From Paramoeba atlantica (lineage: Eukaryota > Protista > Discosea), in assembly GCA_977017575.1 (NCBI GenBank), contig CDRNVI010000067.1, positions 141,662-205,661 on the forward strand: a DNA stretch of 64,000 bases, read 5' to 3'. Shown here piece after piece: positions 11,856 through 22,890 of this stretch (position 1 is its first letter; the number at the start of each line of letters is the position of its first letter). The notes below the pieces were generated by a model that saw nothing but the letters and a program-made list of their open reading frames with translations, did not search any database and was not told where the DNA came from. The translations under genes and the position numbers were made by a program.

Positions 11856-12859
11856 CAATCATTATTTCTATTGTATCTTAAACAGTACACAATTTCTTGT
11901 TTCACCTCCCTCCACCATGGCCGACCAATGCCTCGACCCGTGAAGTCTGGATCAGTTCCACAATTCTTGACATGTTGCGTCAACACTGCAGCTGCAACTT
12001 TTTCAAGAAGGCTCCAGACTATTGGAACCACTGCTCTTTCAAAGAGCCTTGCCCCCCTTTCTAGAAGCTTTTCAAAGCAGTCACATTCTCCTTTCTCAAT
12101 GAGAGTCGAGGCAATTCGCTCTCACACTTCTGGAGCTTGAACATCGATGTCATCGATCTTCAAATACATTGTATGTACTCACTTCATGGGTTGCACTGAA
12201 TTGAAGAAAACTTTCGACAAAACTGGGTTAGCGAAACCATAGCGAAAGCGTTTATATGCTTTTTCTTTCACGTCATCGGAACACGTTTCATGAAAGACTT
12301 GATATTCTTCCATCATTTGTATTACGATGGATTTGTCGATCGCGTGGTATTCCGTAACTAATTGACGGAGACGAGCATCTACGTTAGCCATCGCACTATT
12401 TCTCTCCCCATTAAATCCCTTTTCTCGGACGCGTTTACTCCCCCCCCCCCGATTTAGTCGATCCTAAAACGTTGAGGCTACTACTCGACGAATACGTCGC
12501 ACCGCCTGTACTGTGCAACCATACTTCTTGGACAATGTAGAGCAGGACTCTCTTGAACGGTATATGTTAAGTTCGTCTTGGTTGCTTAATTTTTTAGGAG
12601 GACAACGCACCTGATTGTTCTATGGTTGAGGAGAATCGGGCGTTTCTTTGGGGACAATCGGAGACGATGAATTGCGCAAGGGCGAAGCAACCTCTCCAAG
12701 GCGAGGAACTGGGGCCATGAATTTTACCCACTTGTGAGCGATCCAGAGCAGGCTGACATAGAGTAGTTTAGAAATTTATGAAAATTTGTAAAGTGCCAAA
12801 AAAATGATTTTTTTTAGGGACCTCTGAAAAAATCGCTGAAAAAAAGGAGCGTACCAGAA

Positions 12860-12931
12860 TAAGCGTAACAGAATTGGGGAAACTCATAAGCGTACCAGAA
12901 TTGGGGAAACTCATAAGCAGGGGGGGTATAG
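12860..12931. mobile_element. Solo right end of the 2412-type MITE
   Basis: GGGGAAACTCATAAGCAGGGGGGGTATAG|TA with a duplicated subterminal block. Confidence 0.75.
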
Positions 12932-12983
12932 TATACGTATTGTATATTTAAAGCTGTAATGTTCTTTTCTTCTGAAATATTTC

Positions 12984-13769
12984 ATGAAACCAATTTCCGC
13001 TTTTCTTCTTCACGACACACTTGCCACTACCCAACGTTTAGGTAAAGCGAGAGTGTCCTTACCGCAAGAAGAGATACTTTCCGAATTTGTACATGACATC
13101 GAAAACCCAGCAGCCTCATGGAATCGAAACACACCTGCGTGTAAATGGAATGACGTGCAGTGCTCTCAAAATGGAGATATCCGTAGTATTGTTATGGGAT
13201 TTCGAGGCCTTCGTGGTTCTCTACGCTGGAAATACTTGCCAAGTACGCTATCTACTCTACAAGTTTCAAACAACGAGCTTTCAGGTCCTGTCTCGGTTGA
13301 ATATTTTCCGTCACAGCTGGAATGGGTAGATATCCATATGAATCATTTTATGGGAGGCATAAATCTATCGGAAATACCAGGATCGCTCCAAGCAATGGTT
13401 CTTTCGCAGAACGAGCTAGAAGGAGCACTTGACTTAAGTTCTCTGAATCCAGGATTCGTGTCTCTCGTGGCGCATTCAAACTTCTTTTTTGGCCAGCTAA
13501 ATTTTTGTGAATTTCCCAGCTCTATGGACCGACTAAACTTGGCAATAAACCTTTTCAGCGGTATGATCAACTTGGATCACTTGCCCAAGGAAATGTCATT
13601 TTTAGACCTTTCTGAAAACACGAATCTCAAGAGTGAGTACCAGGCGTCTTTGCTCCCAGTAAAATTTCGAAAAAGAACGCTTGTTATGTGGTTTACATTT
13701 CACTATGCGATTAATGAAGAGAGTTTTCGCCACGAAAAAACTCAGATCACCTCTGCTGATGAACAGTGA
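12984..13769 (+). CDS. LRR protein (261 aa)
   Basis: ACKWNDVQC cap, about 6 LRRs; paralog of 10760. Confidence 0.9.
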   Translation: MKPISAFLLHDTLATTQRLGKARVSLPQEEILSEFVHDIENPAASWNRNTPACKWNDVQCSQNGDIRSIVMGFRGLRGSLRWKYLPSTLSTLQVSNNELSGPVSVEYFPSQLEWVDIHMNHFMGGINLSEIPGSLQAMVLSQNELEGALDLSSLNPGFVSLVAHSNFFFGQLNFCEFPSSMDRLNLAINLFSGMINLDHLPKEMSFLDLSENTNLKSEYQASLLPVKFRKRTLVMWFTFHYAINEESFRHEKTQITSADEQ

Positions 13770-14098
13770 GCAGAGAGAAAAGAAAGTTACTCATACACCA
13801 ATAGTCACATCAAAAAATGAACGAGAGCGATGATATAGGATATCTTTACGAATTGTACAGGCGGCGGTACAGGACTGGTACCGGACAGGACGGTTGTACC
13901 GTATGGGGATAGAGGACTACGGGGATCGGAGTTGAATACCAAACAAATTACGGATCCTTTTTAATGATACCTATCCATGCCCAGAAAAATATTTTCAAAC
14001 ATCTTTAACAAACCTCTGGCGAAAAAAGTTGATAGTTGATAAGCTGGCCGTTTGTCGCCGCAGTGATATGGCCTCCTAAGGAACACTCTAGTTATTTA

Positions 14099-14535
14099 GA
14101 GGGCTGAAACCAGTAAAATATGAACCCAGACAAACCCAGTCAGGTCACAAGAGAAACCAACGGCAAAGGTACTTGTCGTTTTTTCGGTTACGGAGTTCGC
14201 TGGAGAATCCGGTGGGGGGTCTAGGGGGTTCCAGGGGGATATATGGAAGCTATAGGGGGGGGGGGGCGAAGCAGGCTCCAGGTTGGGGGTGTAGTAGAGT
14301 GCAGAAAAAAAACCAAGTATTTTGGAGCCAGGGTGTACCAGGGGGTCCCTACATAAGCAAGGCGGCAAAGCTATTCACCAGGGGAACGAGATCTACCCAA
14401 TGCTGCGAAAATGAGAAAAAAACAGATATAAAAATCAAATTTCCGCAAGGCGGGAGATATCCTGAAATCACTCTACAATATAGAAAATTAGCAAACCCAG
14501 GCAAACCCAGGCAAACCCAGGTGGTTTCAGCCCTC
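14099..14535. mobile_element. GAGGG-ended MITE (437 bp)
   Basis: 14-bp TIR GAGGGCTGAAACCA / TGGTTTCAGCCCTC with subterminal GCAAACCCAG x3. Flanks are TTA and ATA. A related solo end lies at about 24290..24348. Confidence 0.8.
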
Positions 14536-15119
14536 ATAGTGCCTAAGCGAGCACCGAGAATCCTTAGGTGGTTCGGATCCAACTGGGCGCGAGGTATACT
14601 CGAGGTTCCTCAAAGTGCATCGCAGCTAACCAGTTGGATCCGAATTTCACAGGCTTTATCTTAGTTATTTAGTATCTTGTCATTTTCATAGCGGGCGAAC
14701 CTGCGCAAACGCACGCAAAAGAGGATACAGGACTGCACTCACCCTAGTTCTTTAGCACCTTATTATGTTGGTGTCGGCTGGTCCAGCCATCAGTTCTCCG
14801 AATCAGTCTCACCCTAGTTGTTTGACGTCTTGTTATATTGACGTCGGGCTATGTATTGACGTCGAGAGTTAGCTCGGGAAGCTGGGGCCGCTAAGCCCCA
14901 TCATCCGACGTGAGTCGGACGCCAAGATTGAAATAATACAGGCATGAGTACCGCCTGTTTGCTGGGATAGTTCGACGGTGTCGAGTCTCAGCTTCAACGG
15001 ACCAAGACTTCTTGGGTGTTATACCCTCGAGCGGACTTGGCTCCTCAGCTTCAACAGACAACAGGCTTAGCCAACATATTCCAGACCTCTTCGAAACGAT
15101 ACAAAGTCGCTGGATTCAT

Positions 15120-15670
15120 CCATTTTCGAACTTCGTCAGGATCTATTCGGGGAATGTCATGCTTTATACGCAATGATCAAAAGTTTCGAAGAGAAGTCAA
15201 CAAGGTACAGGCCAAATGCAAAAAAAAATCCAAATCATTCCGGATTGCTCCGAATGGTCACTGGCAAGCCAGACCCTTCACAGACAGATTTGGAAGTTCC
15301 GAGGCCAACGTCCTCTACCAGTTTCCGCTTGTCCAAGGCGGCACCAACGTGCTGTTGCCAACACGTTGCATCGACGAACTGTACGTCAACACGGCTTACC
15401 CAAGAGGTGTAAGCCGGGTAAGGGAGCTGGTTCCCTGAGGGGAGGGTCCGGGACGGTCCTCCGAGTGCTGGGCCTAGTCGGTTCTCAGCCCATTCTCTTA
15501 GAATGAGGCTGCCAGGAATAATGTGATGAGCGGGTTTGAACTCGCCGTCTGAGCACCACGTGCGTCAAACTTTGAATTCTTGCCACTCCGCCATCTCCGC
15601 CCCCCAGGCCAAAGTAATGCACTCCGGTTGGCGAAAGCAGCCCCTCAGCTTTAGAATGTACAGTTGTAGC
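15120..15670 (+). pseudogene. Possible IS5/PIF-like (DDE_Tnp_4) transposase relic interrupted by the SINE
   Basis: Removing the SINE restores QKFRREVNKVQAKVMHSGWRK, which resembles the FN..S.VR..VE motif of this family. Similarity is weak and judged by eye. Confidence 0.3.
15220..15604 (-). mobile_element. tRNA-derived SINE
   Basis: The minus strand starts GGGGCGGAGATGGCGGAGTGG (A box), has GAGTTCAAACCC (B box) and ends in T9. Flanked by CAGGCCAAA(GTAA)TGC at 15208.. and 15605.. Confidence 0.85.
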
Positions 15671-15806
15671 CGTACAATGTAGCGTAGCATTAAACAATGT
15701 TGGTACATTCGTCTCTTGGAATATGGAAATCTTTACATAAACTTCTTTACCCCATCTTTCTTCATATCTTTTCATTCTAAATCTTTTTTCCGCTTACATT
15801 TCATTC

Positions 15807-16688
15807 ATGCTATCGCCCACCCCGGCAACCCGTCATCCGCTTCCCTCCGAGCTCTCCCCACTCGATTCCCTATCCCTTTTCATCTCCCACATTACCAATC
15901 CGCACCCTACGTGGGTCGCGACTCCTTCCTCGGATCCCCCGCAACAAATTCCCCCCCTCTGGCACGGCGTTCATTTCGACAAAAACCAAAAGATTCAAAA
16001 ACTCACCTGGGACGCGTTATCTCTCCAAGGCAACCTTACCTGGGGCCACCTCCCCCGCTCCGTCACCGACGTCTTTATCTGGAACAACCACCTCACCGGG
16101 TCGTTGCACCTACCCGAGTCCCACCCCCATCTCTGCGATGTCCGTATCAGTGACAACGCCCTGGACGGTACCATCGGTCTCGATGCCCTCCCCCTCTCGC
16201 TGGCCTGGCTGAACGGCAGCTCCAATGGCCTCACCGGGGAGGCCTCGTTATGTTTTCTCCCCCCCTCCCTTTGTTATTTAAATCTCACCCATAATCACTT
16301 ATCCGGACATCTTTATTTAAATCTTTTACCCTTAGGAATGGAACATTTGTATTTATCCTTTAACGCCCTCGGGGCCACACTCGATCTCACCGCGCTCCCC
16401 GAGAGCCTGCGGTGTCTGCATTTGGACCACAACGCGTTCTGGGGCCCCATTGTGATTGGCGCCCTGCCGCGGTCCAAGGTGGTGGTGTTCCAGCTGCAGC
16501 ACAACCACCTCTGGGGACCGGTGGTGTTGTTGAACCCGGGAGGTTCAAAACAACAACAACAACAAGGAAACCGAAACAGTAAAGGGGGGTTTCCGACAAA
16601 TTTCAATTTAAAAGTAAATCCCCAGCGGTATGGTCGGATTGCGACGGCCCCGGTGGAACGGGATTCGGGATGGTGTGTGGTGGGGTAG
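15807..16688 (+). CDS. LRR protein ending in CaaX-like box CVVG (293 aa)
   Basis: About 7 LRRs; conserved YLNLLP and NPQ motifs; ends ...WCVVG*. Confidence 0.9.
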   Translation: MLSPTPATRHPLPSELSPLDSLSLFISHITNPHPTWVATPSSDPPQQIPPLWHGVHFDKNQKIQKLTWDALSLQGNLTWGHLPRSVTDVFIWNNHLTGSLHLPESHPHLCDVRISDNALDGTIGLDALPLSLAWLNGSSNGLTGEASLCFLPPSLCYLNLTHNHLSGHLYLNLLPLGMEHLYLSFNALGATLDLTALPESLRCLHLDHNAFWGPIVIGALPRSKVVVFQLQHNHLWGPVVLLNPGGSKQQQQQGNRNSKGGFPTNFNLKVNPQRYGRIATAPVERDSGWCVVG

Positions 16689-17120
16689 AGGGGAGGGAAA
16701 GGGGTGAAGGGGTAAAATTCTCCAGCTCCAGGTAGTGTGGGTCGTTAGTCCACAGGTACACTATATACAGTAAGTCTCCGTACGGGAACATACATCCATA
16801 CCTAGGACTACCAATAGGAGAGTAGGGAGGGGAAGATCCTCAGAGGAATGGGGAAGTTGTGACGCAAATGTATTTGTTTCGATTGTAGACCTCCTTTGTT
16901 CGTTTCCTCATGACTCGTTTGATACGTTTGAGGGACATATTTTCAATGAAAATAATTTGAATGAAATGAGAGTATTCCGGCTAAATGGTTCGTTTAAAAA
17001 TTAAAATCTAATAGTTCATGAAAAAAAGAATTCATATTCCCGGGCACAGGAAGGTGGTAATTACCACCCATTATGCATTATTATGCATATGGTAATTACC
17101 ACATCACCATATCCAGTGTA

Positions 17121-17557
17121 CCGGTGAAGCTTTAATTAATAATAACATTAATTGACGTAATTTCTGACGAGAAAAAAATGTTTACGTTAATTAATGCTAC
17201 GTTAATTAAAGTTACATTAATTTATGTTTTTGTGGCGCGATAGTAAAAGATTTAGCTCTACAAAAAAAATTGAAGTTTACTATTTTTAAGCCCACACAAT
17301 TGAACGAAGTTTGCGCACTTCTCCAAAATTCCACCTAAAGCGAAATACTCCACCCCCTATGGCTGTAGTTTCCAAGGGCAACGGGTCGTGTTCTTGAGGC
17401 ATCTGCTAGAAATTAAAAACATGAAATTATTAGTTATTTTTCGCCATTTTTTGACCAAAATAAATTATTGCGTAATTATTGCGTAATTATTGTGTAATTA
17501 ATGCTACGTTAATAAGAAAACGTACATTTTTTAGTACGTTAAAAAGTGTGTCACCGG
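17121..17557. mobile_element. AT-rich MITE
   Basis: TA|CCGGTGA ... TCACCGG|TA with TTAATGCTACGTTAAT and AATTATTGCGT subterminal repeats. The perfect TIR is short. Confidence 0.6.
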
Positions 17558-17713
17558 TAAGTTAATTTTGCTCAAACATTATTTAATAAAATTCAAAAAT
17601 GAAGACAATTCCTTCGCTATCGTTTTCTGTTACTTTATCAGATACTCCCGTCTCGCCCGTAAGCGCACAGCAGAAAAATATTAGCTGTAACTCACCAGAC
17701 GAATCAGCTAAGA

Positions 17714-18427
17714 GTGTACCTAACGCGGTGTCTACTCGCGCTGCAAACGTACGGGGAGTTGCTCCCCCAGGAATGTGAATTATCACGATTTATTCAGAAT
17801 ACGGCAGGCGGCCATCATCTCTGGACGACCGCCACCCCGGCCTGTAAATGGAGAGATGTCCTTTGCGATAAAAAATCAAACGTGATTGGATTGGACTGGT
17901 TTGGGTACGACCTGCACGGCCCACTCCAATGGAATTGGCTGCCCCACACCGTGCAGCGTTGCAATGTCGAAAATTGTTTGCTTTCAGGGTCTGTCGAACT
18001 GAACGAGTTGCCTACTCAAGTCGTAGAAGTGAATGTCGCGTGTAATAAATTTACAGGGGCAATAGATTTGACACGCTTACCGAATACACTTCAGAGTCTA
18101 AAACTGAACAGCAACTTGTTTGAGGGTAGTGTAGACTTGTCTCATTTGCCACAGTTTTTGAAAACTTTGAATCTTTCTCGTAATAAGCTTTCGGGAACGC
18201 TGGACTTACGCGGATTGCCTCGAAGGATAGAAACGGTAAATCTATCGAGTAACCAGTTCACAGGATCTCTTGACTTTGGGAATTTACCTTCATATTTATG
18301 CCATTTATGCTCACTGTGCCTGAAAGAGAACAAAGACCTTTGTGTTGAGGTCAACATGTTGAAGATGTCCAAGATTTTCCCAAATCTAGCAGTCGACGTG
18401 GGATATACAAGGATAAAAGGCACGTAG
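17714..18427 (+). CDS. LRR protein (237 aa) starting at GTG; ATG may have been lost
   Basis: LPQECEL leader, ACKWRDVLC cap, about 6 LRRs. There is no in-frame ATG upstream of the cap. Confidence 0.7.
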   Translation: MYLTRCLLALQTYGELLPQECELSRFIQNTAGGHHLWTTATPACKWRDVLCDKKSNVIGLDWFGYDLHGPLQWNWLPHTVQRCNVENCLLSGSVELNELPTQVVEVNVACNKFTGAIDLTRLPNTLQSLKLNSNLFEGSVDLSHLPQFLKTLNLSRNKLSGTLDLRGLPRRIETVNLSSNQFTGSLDFGNLPSYLCHLCSLCLKENKDLCVEVNMLKMSKIFPNLAVDVGYTRIKGT

Positions 18428-18832
18428 CCTTGACTTGTGCGACATATCGGCATATCTAATTTGGCTAAAGCATGTTTTGCACGTTATACACTTGATGGAC
18501 TGTGGGTGTGATTTCGCGTGATCTCGTTTTGGAACCCACCTACAGTCCTCATTGTAGCATGTCCTCATTGTATACTTGTGGACCCTCTTGGTACTCCCAG
18601 GAGATGTCCAACAACTTGTAAATTTTATTCGGGTAACTAGAAAGAATATCCATTAACCAAAAAAAAAAACATAAACACACTGGGTCAACCGGTGAAAATG
18701 CATCCTAAAAATCGACCTTTCTAAAGTCGTTTCGAACCCGAAACGAATGTCATTTTTCTGTCATTTCTCTTCCTTTTCGGATTCCGTTTTCACTATTCTC
18801 ACCCCACCCCCACACCCTACTACCCCATTCCC

Positions 18833-19927
18833 ATGCTCCCCTCTCCACCCTACACCGCCACCTCCCCTTCACGCCCCTCACCCTCTTCACCCCCAGCCCT
18901 CCCCTTCGAGTACCAACTTGCTCTCTTTGTCCAACACCTCCACAATCCACACCCCTCCTGGGGCATAATACCCCACACGCCAAAATCTTCCACCCTCTCA
19001 CAAGGAGCGCAAAACAAAACCAAGAAGTCGTTAACCAACACTTCCACGACTTCTTCATCTTTTACTTCTGATTTATCACCCCTGTCTTCTTCTTCCTCAG
19101 AAGTAGGTGAAGAGAAAAACAGGACATCATCTTCCTTTTCAGAAGTAGGTGAACAGAAAAAGCCGAAATCCTCCTTCTCTTTTTCGCCCTCTTCCGCACT
19201 GGAAGATACCAAGAGGAATGCATCCCCCTCTTCTTTATTCCCCTCTTACCCCTCCCCCCTCCCCCTGTGGCAGGGCGTCACCCTGGACGGGACCGGGGCC
19301 CCGATGGACCTCCACTGGGGGGATGCCGCGCTCCGGGGCAACCTCTCCTGGCCCCACCTCCCCCGCAGCGTCTGCACCGTGAAGGCGTGGAACAACGCGC
19401 TCACCGGGGGGGTGGGGGACATCCCCCCCGCCCACCCCGTGCTCCAGGTCGTGGACCTGCGGCAGAACGCGCTCACCGGGGGGGTGGGGCTGCGGGAGCT
19501 CCCGGGGTCGCTGAAACGACTCGCGCTGCGACGGAACCGGTTGGTCGGGGCGTGCGACCTGGAGTTCCTCCCGCTCGCGATGCGGTTGTTGGATCTCGGG
19601 GAGAATGGGCTGGAGGGGGGGATTTATTTACATCTGCTTCCCCCGACAATGAAGTTTTTGTATTTGGATAATAATGGGTTGGGGGCGACGTTGCATTTGA
19701 CGGGATTGCCGCCCTCGTTGAAGTATTTGTATTTGAACCATAACCGGTTTATGGGACGACCGGATTTGTCACGGTTGCCTACAAATTTGGAACTTCATTT
19801 GGAGCATAATTACTTGTCTGGAGTGGTTTTCACAACAACTCTTCATCCAGGGGTGCTGATCAACCCGCAGAAAGGAGGGGAAGTGGTGTTGCCTGAAAAG
19901 AAGACCAGGAGCTGTGTGGTATCCTAA
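18833..19927 (+). CDS. LRR protein ending in CaaX box CVVS (364 aa) with a Ser-rich insertion in the cap
   Basis: LRRs, YLHLLP and INPQ motifs; ends ...RSCVVS*. The insert includes a duplicated SSSSEVGEE/QK block. Confidence 0.9.
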   Translation: MLPSPPYTATSPSRPSPSSPPALPFEYQLALFVQHLHNPHPSWGIIPHTPKSSTLSQGAQNKTKKSLTNTSTTSSSFTSDLSPLSSSSSEVGEEKNRTSSSFSEVGEQKKPKSSFSFSPSSALEDTKRNASPSSLFPSYPSPLPLWQGVTLDGTGAPMDLHWGDAALRGNLSWPHLPRSVCTVKAWNNALTGGVGDIPPAHPVLQVVDLRQNALTGGVGLRELPGSLKRLALRRNRLVGACDLEFLPLAMRLLDLGENGLEGGIYLHLLPPTMKFLYLDNNGLGATLHLTGLPPSLKYLYLNHNRFMGRPDLSRLPTNLELHLEHNYLSGVVFTTTLHPGVLINPQKGGEVVLPEKKTRSCVVS

Positions 19928-20449
19928 AAAGTGGCTCACTGATTATTTTTATGTTTAGCCTATTGGGGATGATGTTTTTTAGTCGGGCGCTCAATTCTGA
20001 AGAAAAAGAACCCGGTTTTGCAAATGCTGCGTTGGACTTTCCTAAGCAAACGATCTTTAGTGTTTCGTTCTGCTTGAAATTTCCACCATGTAAGCACTCA
20101 CATAGTAGTACGATCTACAAACATGGACGTATACCACATGCAACACTGCTCAGCTCAGACACATTCTATTTAAGTCTTTCAGTCTTAGTGAGAATTGACG
20201 TCAAGGATCTTGCACGCCTTGTGTAGGTATTACACGGCGTATGTCTTGTATCCGAAGAGTCTTCACAGGCTCGGCGATTAGTCTGTTTTTGTACATAAAA
20301 ATGATAAACAAACATATCAGTGATGACATGTAACACGATTTTTCAGGCACAAAAATGATCCAATCTTCAATGTCAGAGTTCTGCCATTTTATTGAGTAAC
20401 ACATTTCTTTTATTCCGTTCCCAACGGGCACATGCTTATGTGACTCAAA

Positions 20450-21298
20450 ATGAAACAAAATATTAACAAGCTGCAGTACTTTAAATCCAGCTATAGTGGC
20501 GCTTCTCAGACAGTTACCGATTCCCCCGAACACAAGCTACTTTGCTTTATACAAAACGTACATAATCCGGACACTACTTGGACTCATCTCACATTTCCTC
20601 AACGAGAAGAGACATCGAAAAGACTCTCTCGATGGAAAGGAGTGGCATGTGATGAGGAAGGAGAGGTCGTGCTTATTGCATGGGGAAACATCTCCCTTTC
20701 GGGAAACCTCTCCTGGACGTACTTCCCAAGCTCGGTTCGTTATTTATACCTTAGAGACAACAGATTGGGTGGATTAATTGAATTCCCCGCACAATCTTTG
20801 TATTTAGAAATTGCAGAGCTTCAAAACAATCAGTTTGCTCAATCGCTTGCGTTGAATGAATTATCTGATTCCTTGACTCGATTGGATGTCAGTGTAAATC
20901 GTCTCGATGGTGAGTGCACGTTGCACTACTTGCCCTCCAGCCTTGAAAGTCTCAACCTTTCTCATAACTTGTTTACAGGAGGCGTATACCTCAATTTACT
21001 TCCGATTCCTTTAGGAGAACTTTTTCTCTCGTACAATGCATTAGGTTGTTCGTTAGATTTACTCCATCTGCCTCCCTTCCTGGAGCGACTTCATCTCAAT
21101 GACAATTCTTTTATTGGCAAACCAAATGTCTCGGAATTGCCTACGACGCTGACCGAATTGCGAATGGAACGTAATTTTCTGTGGGGTCCGATTTTTATCT
21201 CCGACTTGAGACTGAACTTTACGATTAACCCGCAAGCAGGGGTATGCACACACGTAGAGCTTCGACGCACGGAGAGGAAATCTTGTAAGGTATCATAA
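20450..21298 (+). CDS. LRR protein ending in CKVS (282 aa)
   Basis: Same subfamily motifs (GGVYLNLLP, INPQ); Cys at position -4. Confidence 0.9.
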   Translation: MKQNINKLQYFKSSYSGASQTVTDSPEHKLLCFIQNVHNPDTTWTHLTFPQREETSKRLSRWKGVACDEEGEVVLIAWGNISLSGNLSWTYFPSSVRYLYLRDNRLGGLIEFPAQSLYLEIAELQNNQFAQSLALNELSDSLTRLDVSVNRLDGECTLHYLPSSLESLNLSHNLFTGGVYLNLLPIPLGELFLSYNALGCSLDLLHLPPFLERLHLNDNSFIGKPNVSELPTTLTELRMERNFLWGPIFISDLRLNFTINPQAGVCTHVELRRTERKSCKVS

Positions 21299-22443
21299 GA
21301 ATAGCGTGATAAGGATCACTCCATGACAGTATCACAAAAATAGCGATTCAATGCAGAAACTGTTTTCTGGTCAGCGCTCCCCTCCTTTGGTACAGTTTCT
21401 TTTAACTGGCATGACTTATGACCATAGTTCTCTGGTCTTTTCTTGGAATAGCTCAAGCAAAAGCACCTAAACGAAACAAGAAAAATCAGCTAAACAAACG
21501 AATAATTCTCACCAATTTTCTAATTCTCACCGCATATCAATTGTGCAGCATCCATTACATTAAGTCACTACCATGTTATTGAGGTCCACCACAAGCAAAC
21601 CGAATTCCAACGGCGTTCCAAGAGGCCGAGCGAAGATTGAAGAAACAGAAAGCGCGACAAGATTTCTGCATTGAAACGTCAACCTTTATTTCTTTCCTTA
21701 ATCTAATCGCCCAAGAGAGAATACATATGTTTCCGTAAATTTATTGTGAATATTTGTCTTAATTTTTGACCCAAAATGAGCGGAACGGGGTTGTAGAGGG
21801 GTGACTCCTATCCAGACGCTTCTGGGCGCTTCTAACATCTATGGAGTTCGGACTTGGTAATTTGGGGTTAAGCAACCTAAACACCCGTATGGGGGACATT
21901 TTCTAAAAGCTTGTCCCTGGAGGTGGTAGATTGTCCCGCGGCTATCATTTTAGTAGGGTATATCTAGCAAGTTCGGCACACATTCATGTGGAGTGTAACA
22001 CAGGGTACACATGTGTGTGGAGTGTAAAAAGTGTATACAAGTAGTACAAGTGTAAGTCTTATTCTGCTATTTCATCTATTTTCTTTGAATACACGTGCCT
22101 CCTGTGATTGTGCAGTAGACTAATACTTTTTTTTTCTTTTTGCTCTTCTGTCGATGTGCCTCTCTCTGGTGTGTCATTTTGGATTTAATTTCGCCCTTCG
22201 TCAATTTTTCATAGGTTTCTGCTTTCTTTTTCCCCTTTTTAGAACATTTCCCGATTTTTGTAACACCTTTTACTTTAATATCTCTTTAACCTCTTCTCGA
22301 TACTCCTTGATACTCCTCGTTACTCGCCCTGTCATCCGCAAAGGCGCATGTGTCGCTCGCGACATCTACCCCTTTACTAATGGAGATTCAGATGATAAAA
22401 TTTCAACTGAATCGACGTAGAGGCTTCGTTTGCCAACTTCTCA

Positions 22444-22821
22444 TCACACACATTCTGCATTCCAAAGTACCGTCAAAGTACTTATTAACAATAATAATAA
22501 CAAGTAAGTCCTTTTTTCATCATCGGTGAATATGAATGGCCTACCTCGTTTATGAGGCGTGGTTAGATTTTTTAGTTCATAGCAGTGCTGTAGGATGACC
22601 TTTTTCTCATGGGTTGAGTTCCATAGGCGAATGCTACCAGTCACTGTGCGACCATTCGTAAGACGTTGAAATTCTTCAATTTCTTCAGCATTCCACGTTT
22701 TTCTAGTCTTTTTTTCCGTGCCGTTCCTATCGGACTCGTGGGCCTCCACAATCTCAATGACATGTCGGGGGCCACAAAAAGAAGACTCCATGAGGGTTGG
22801 CTGGGCGGGTGCCATTGCCAA
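22444..22821 (-). pseudogene. Possible transposase N-terminal DNA-binding relic
   Basis: KTRKTWNAEEIEE and KRGRPFIFTDDEK resemble pogo/Fot1 HTH-linker motifs; no catalytic part is visible. Confidence 0.25.
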
Positions 22822-22890
22822 AAATTATTGAGGAGATTTCGGCGAAAATCTGGAAAAAAAATAATTATTCCGTTAATTGTTATTCCGTTA

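Noticed and set aside
11843-12391. Minus-strand gene with a possible 25-nt GT-AG intron at about 12160-12184
   Set aside because: Splicing does not give a continuous frame and no family motif is recognisable.
13868-13884. 17-bp exact match to the CRE 3' end (49838..49854)
   Set aside because: No flanking homology, so it cannot be called an element fragment.
15016-15506. ORFs over the repeat at 15.2, 49.4 and 10.1 kb read as protein (e.g. a DIRS methylase tail or CRE continuation)
   Set aside because: A/B boxes and TSDs show the repeat is a SINE on the opposite strand; the CRE frame resumes after it at 49805.
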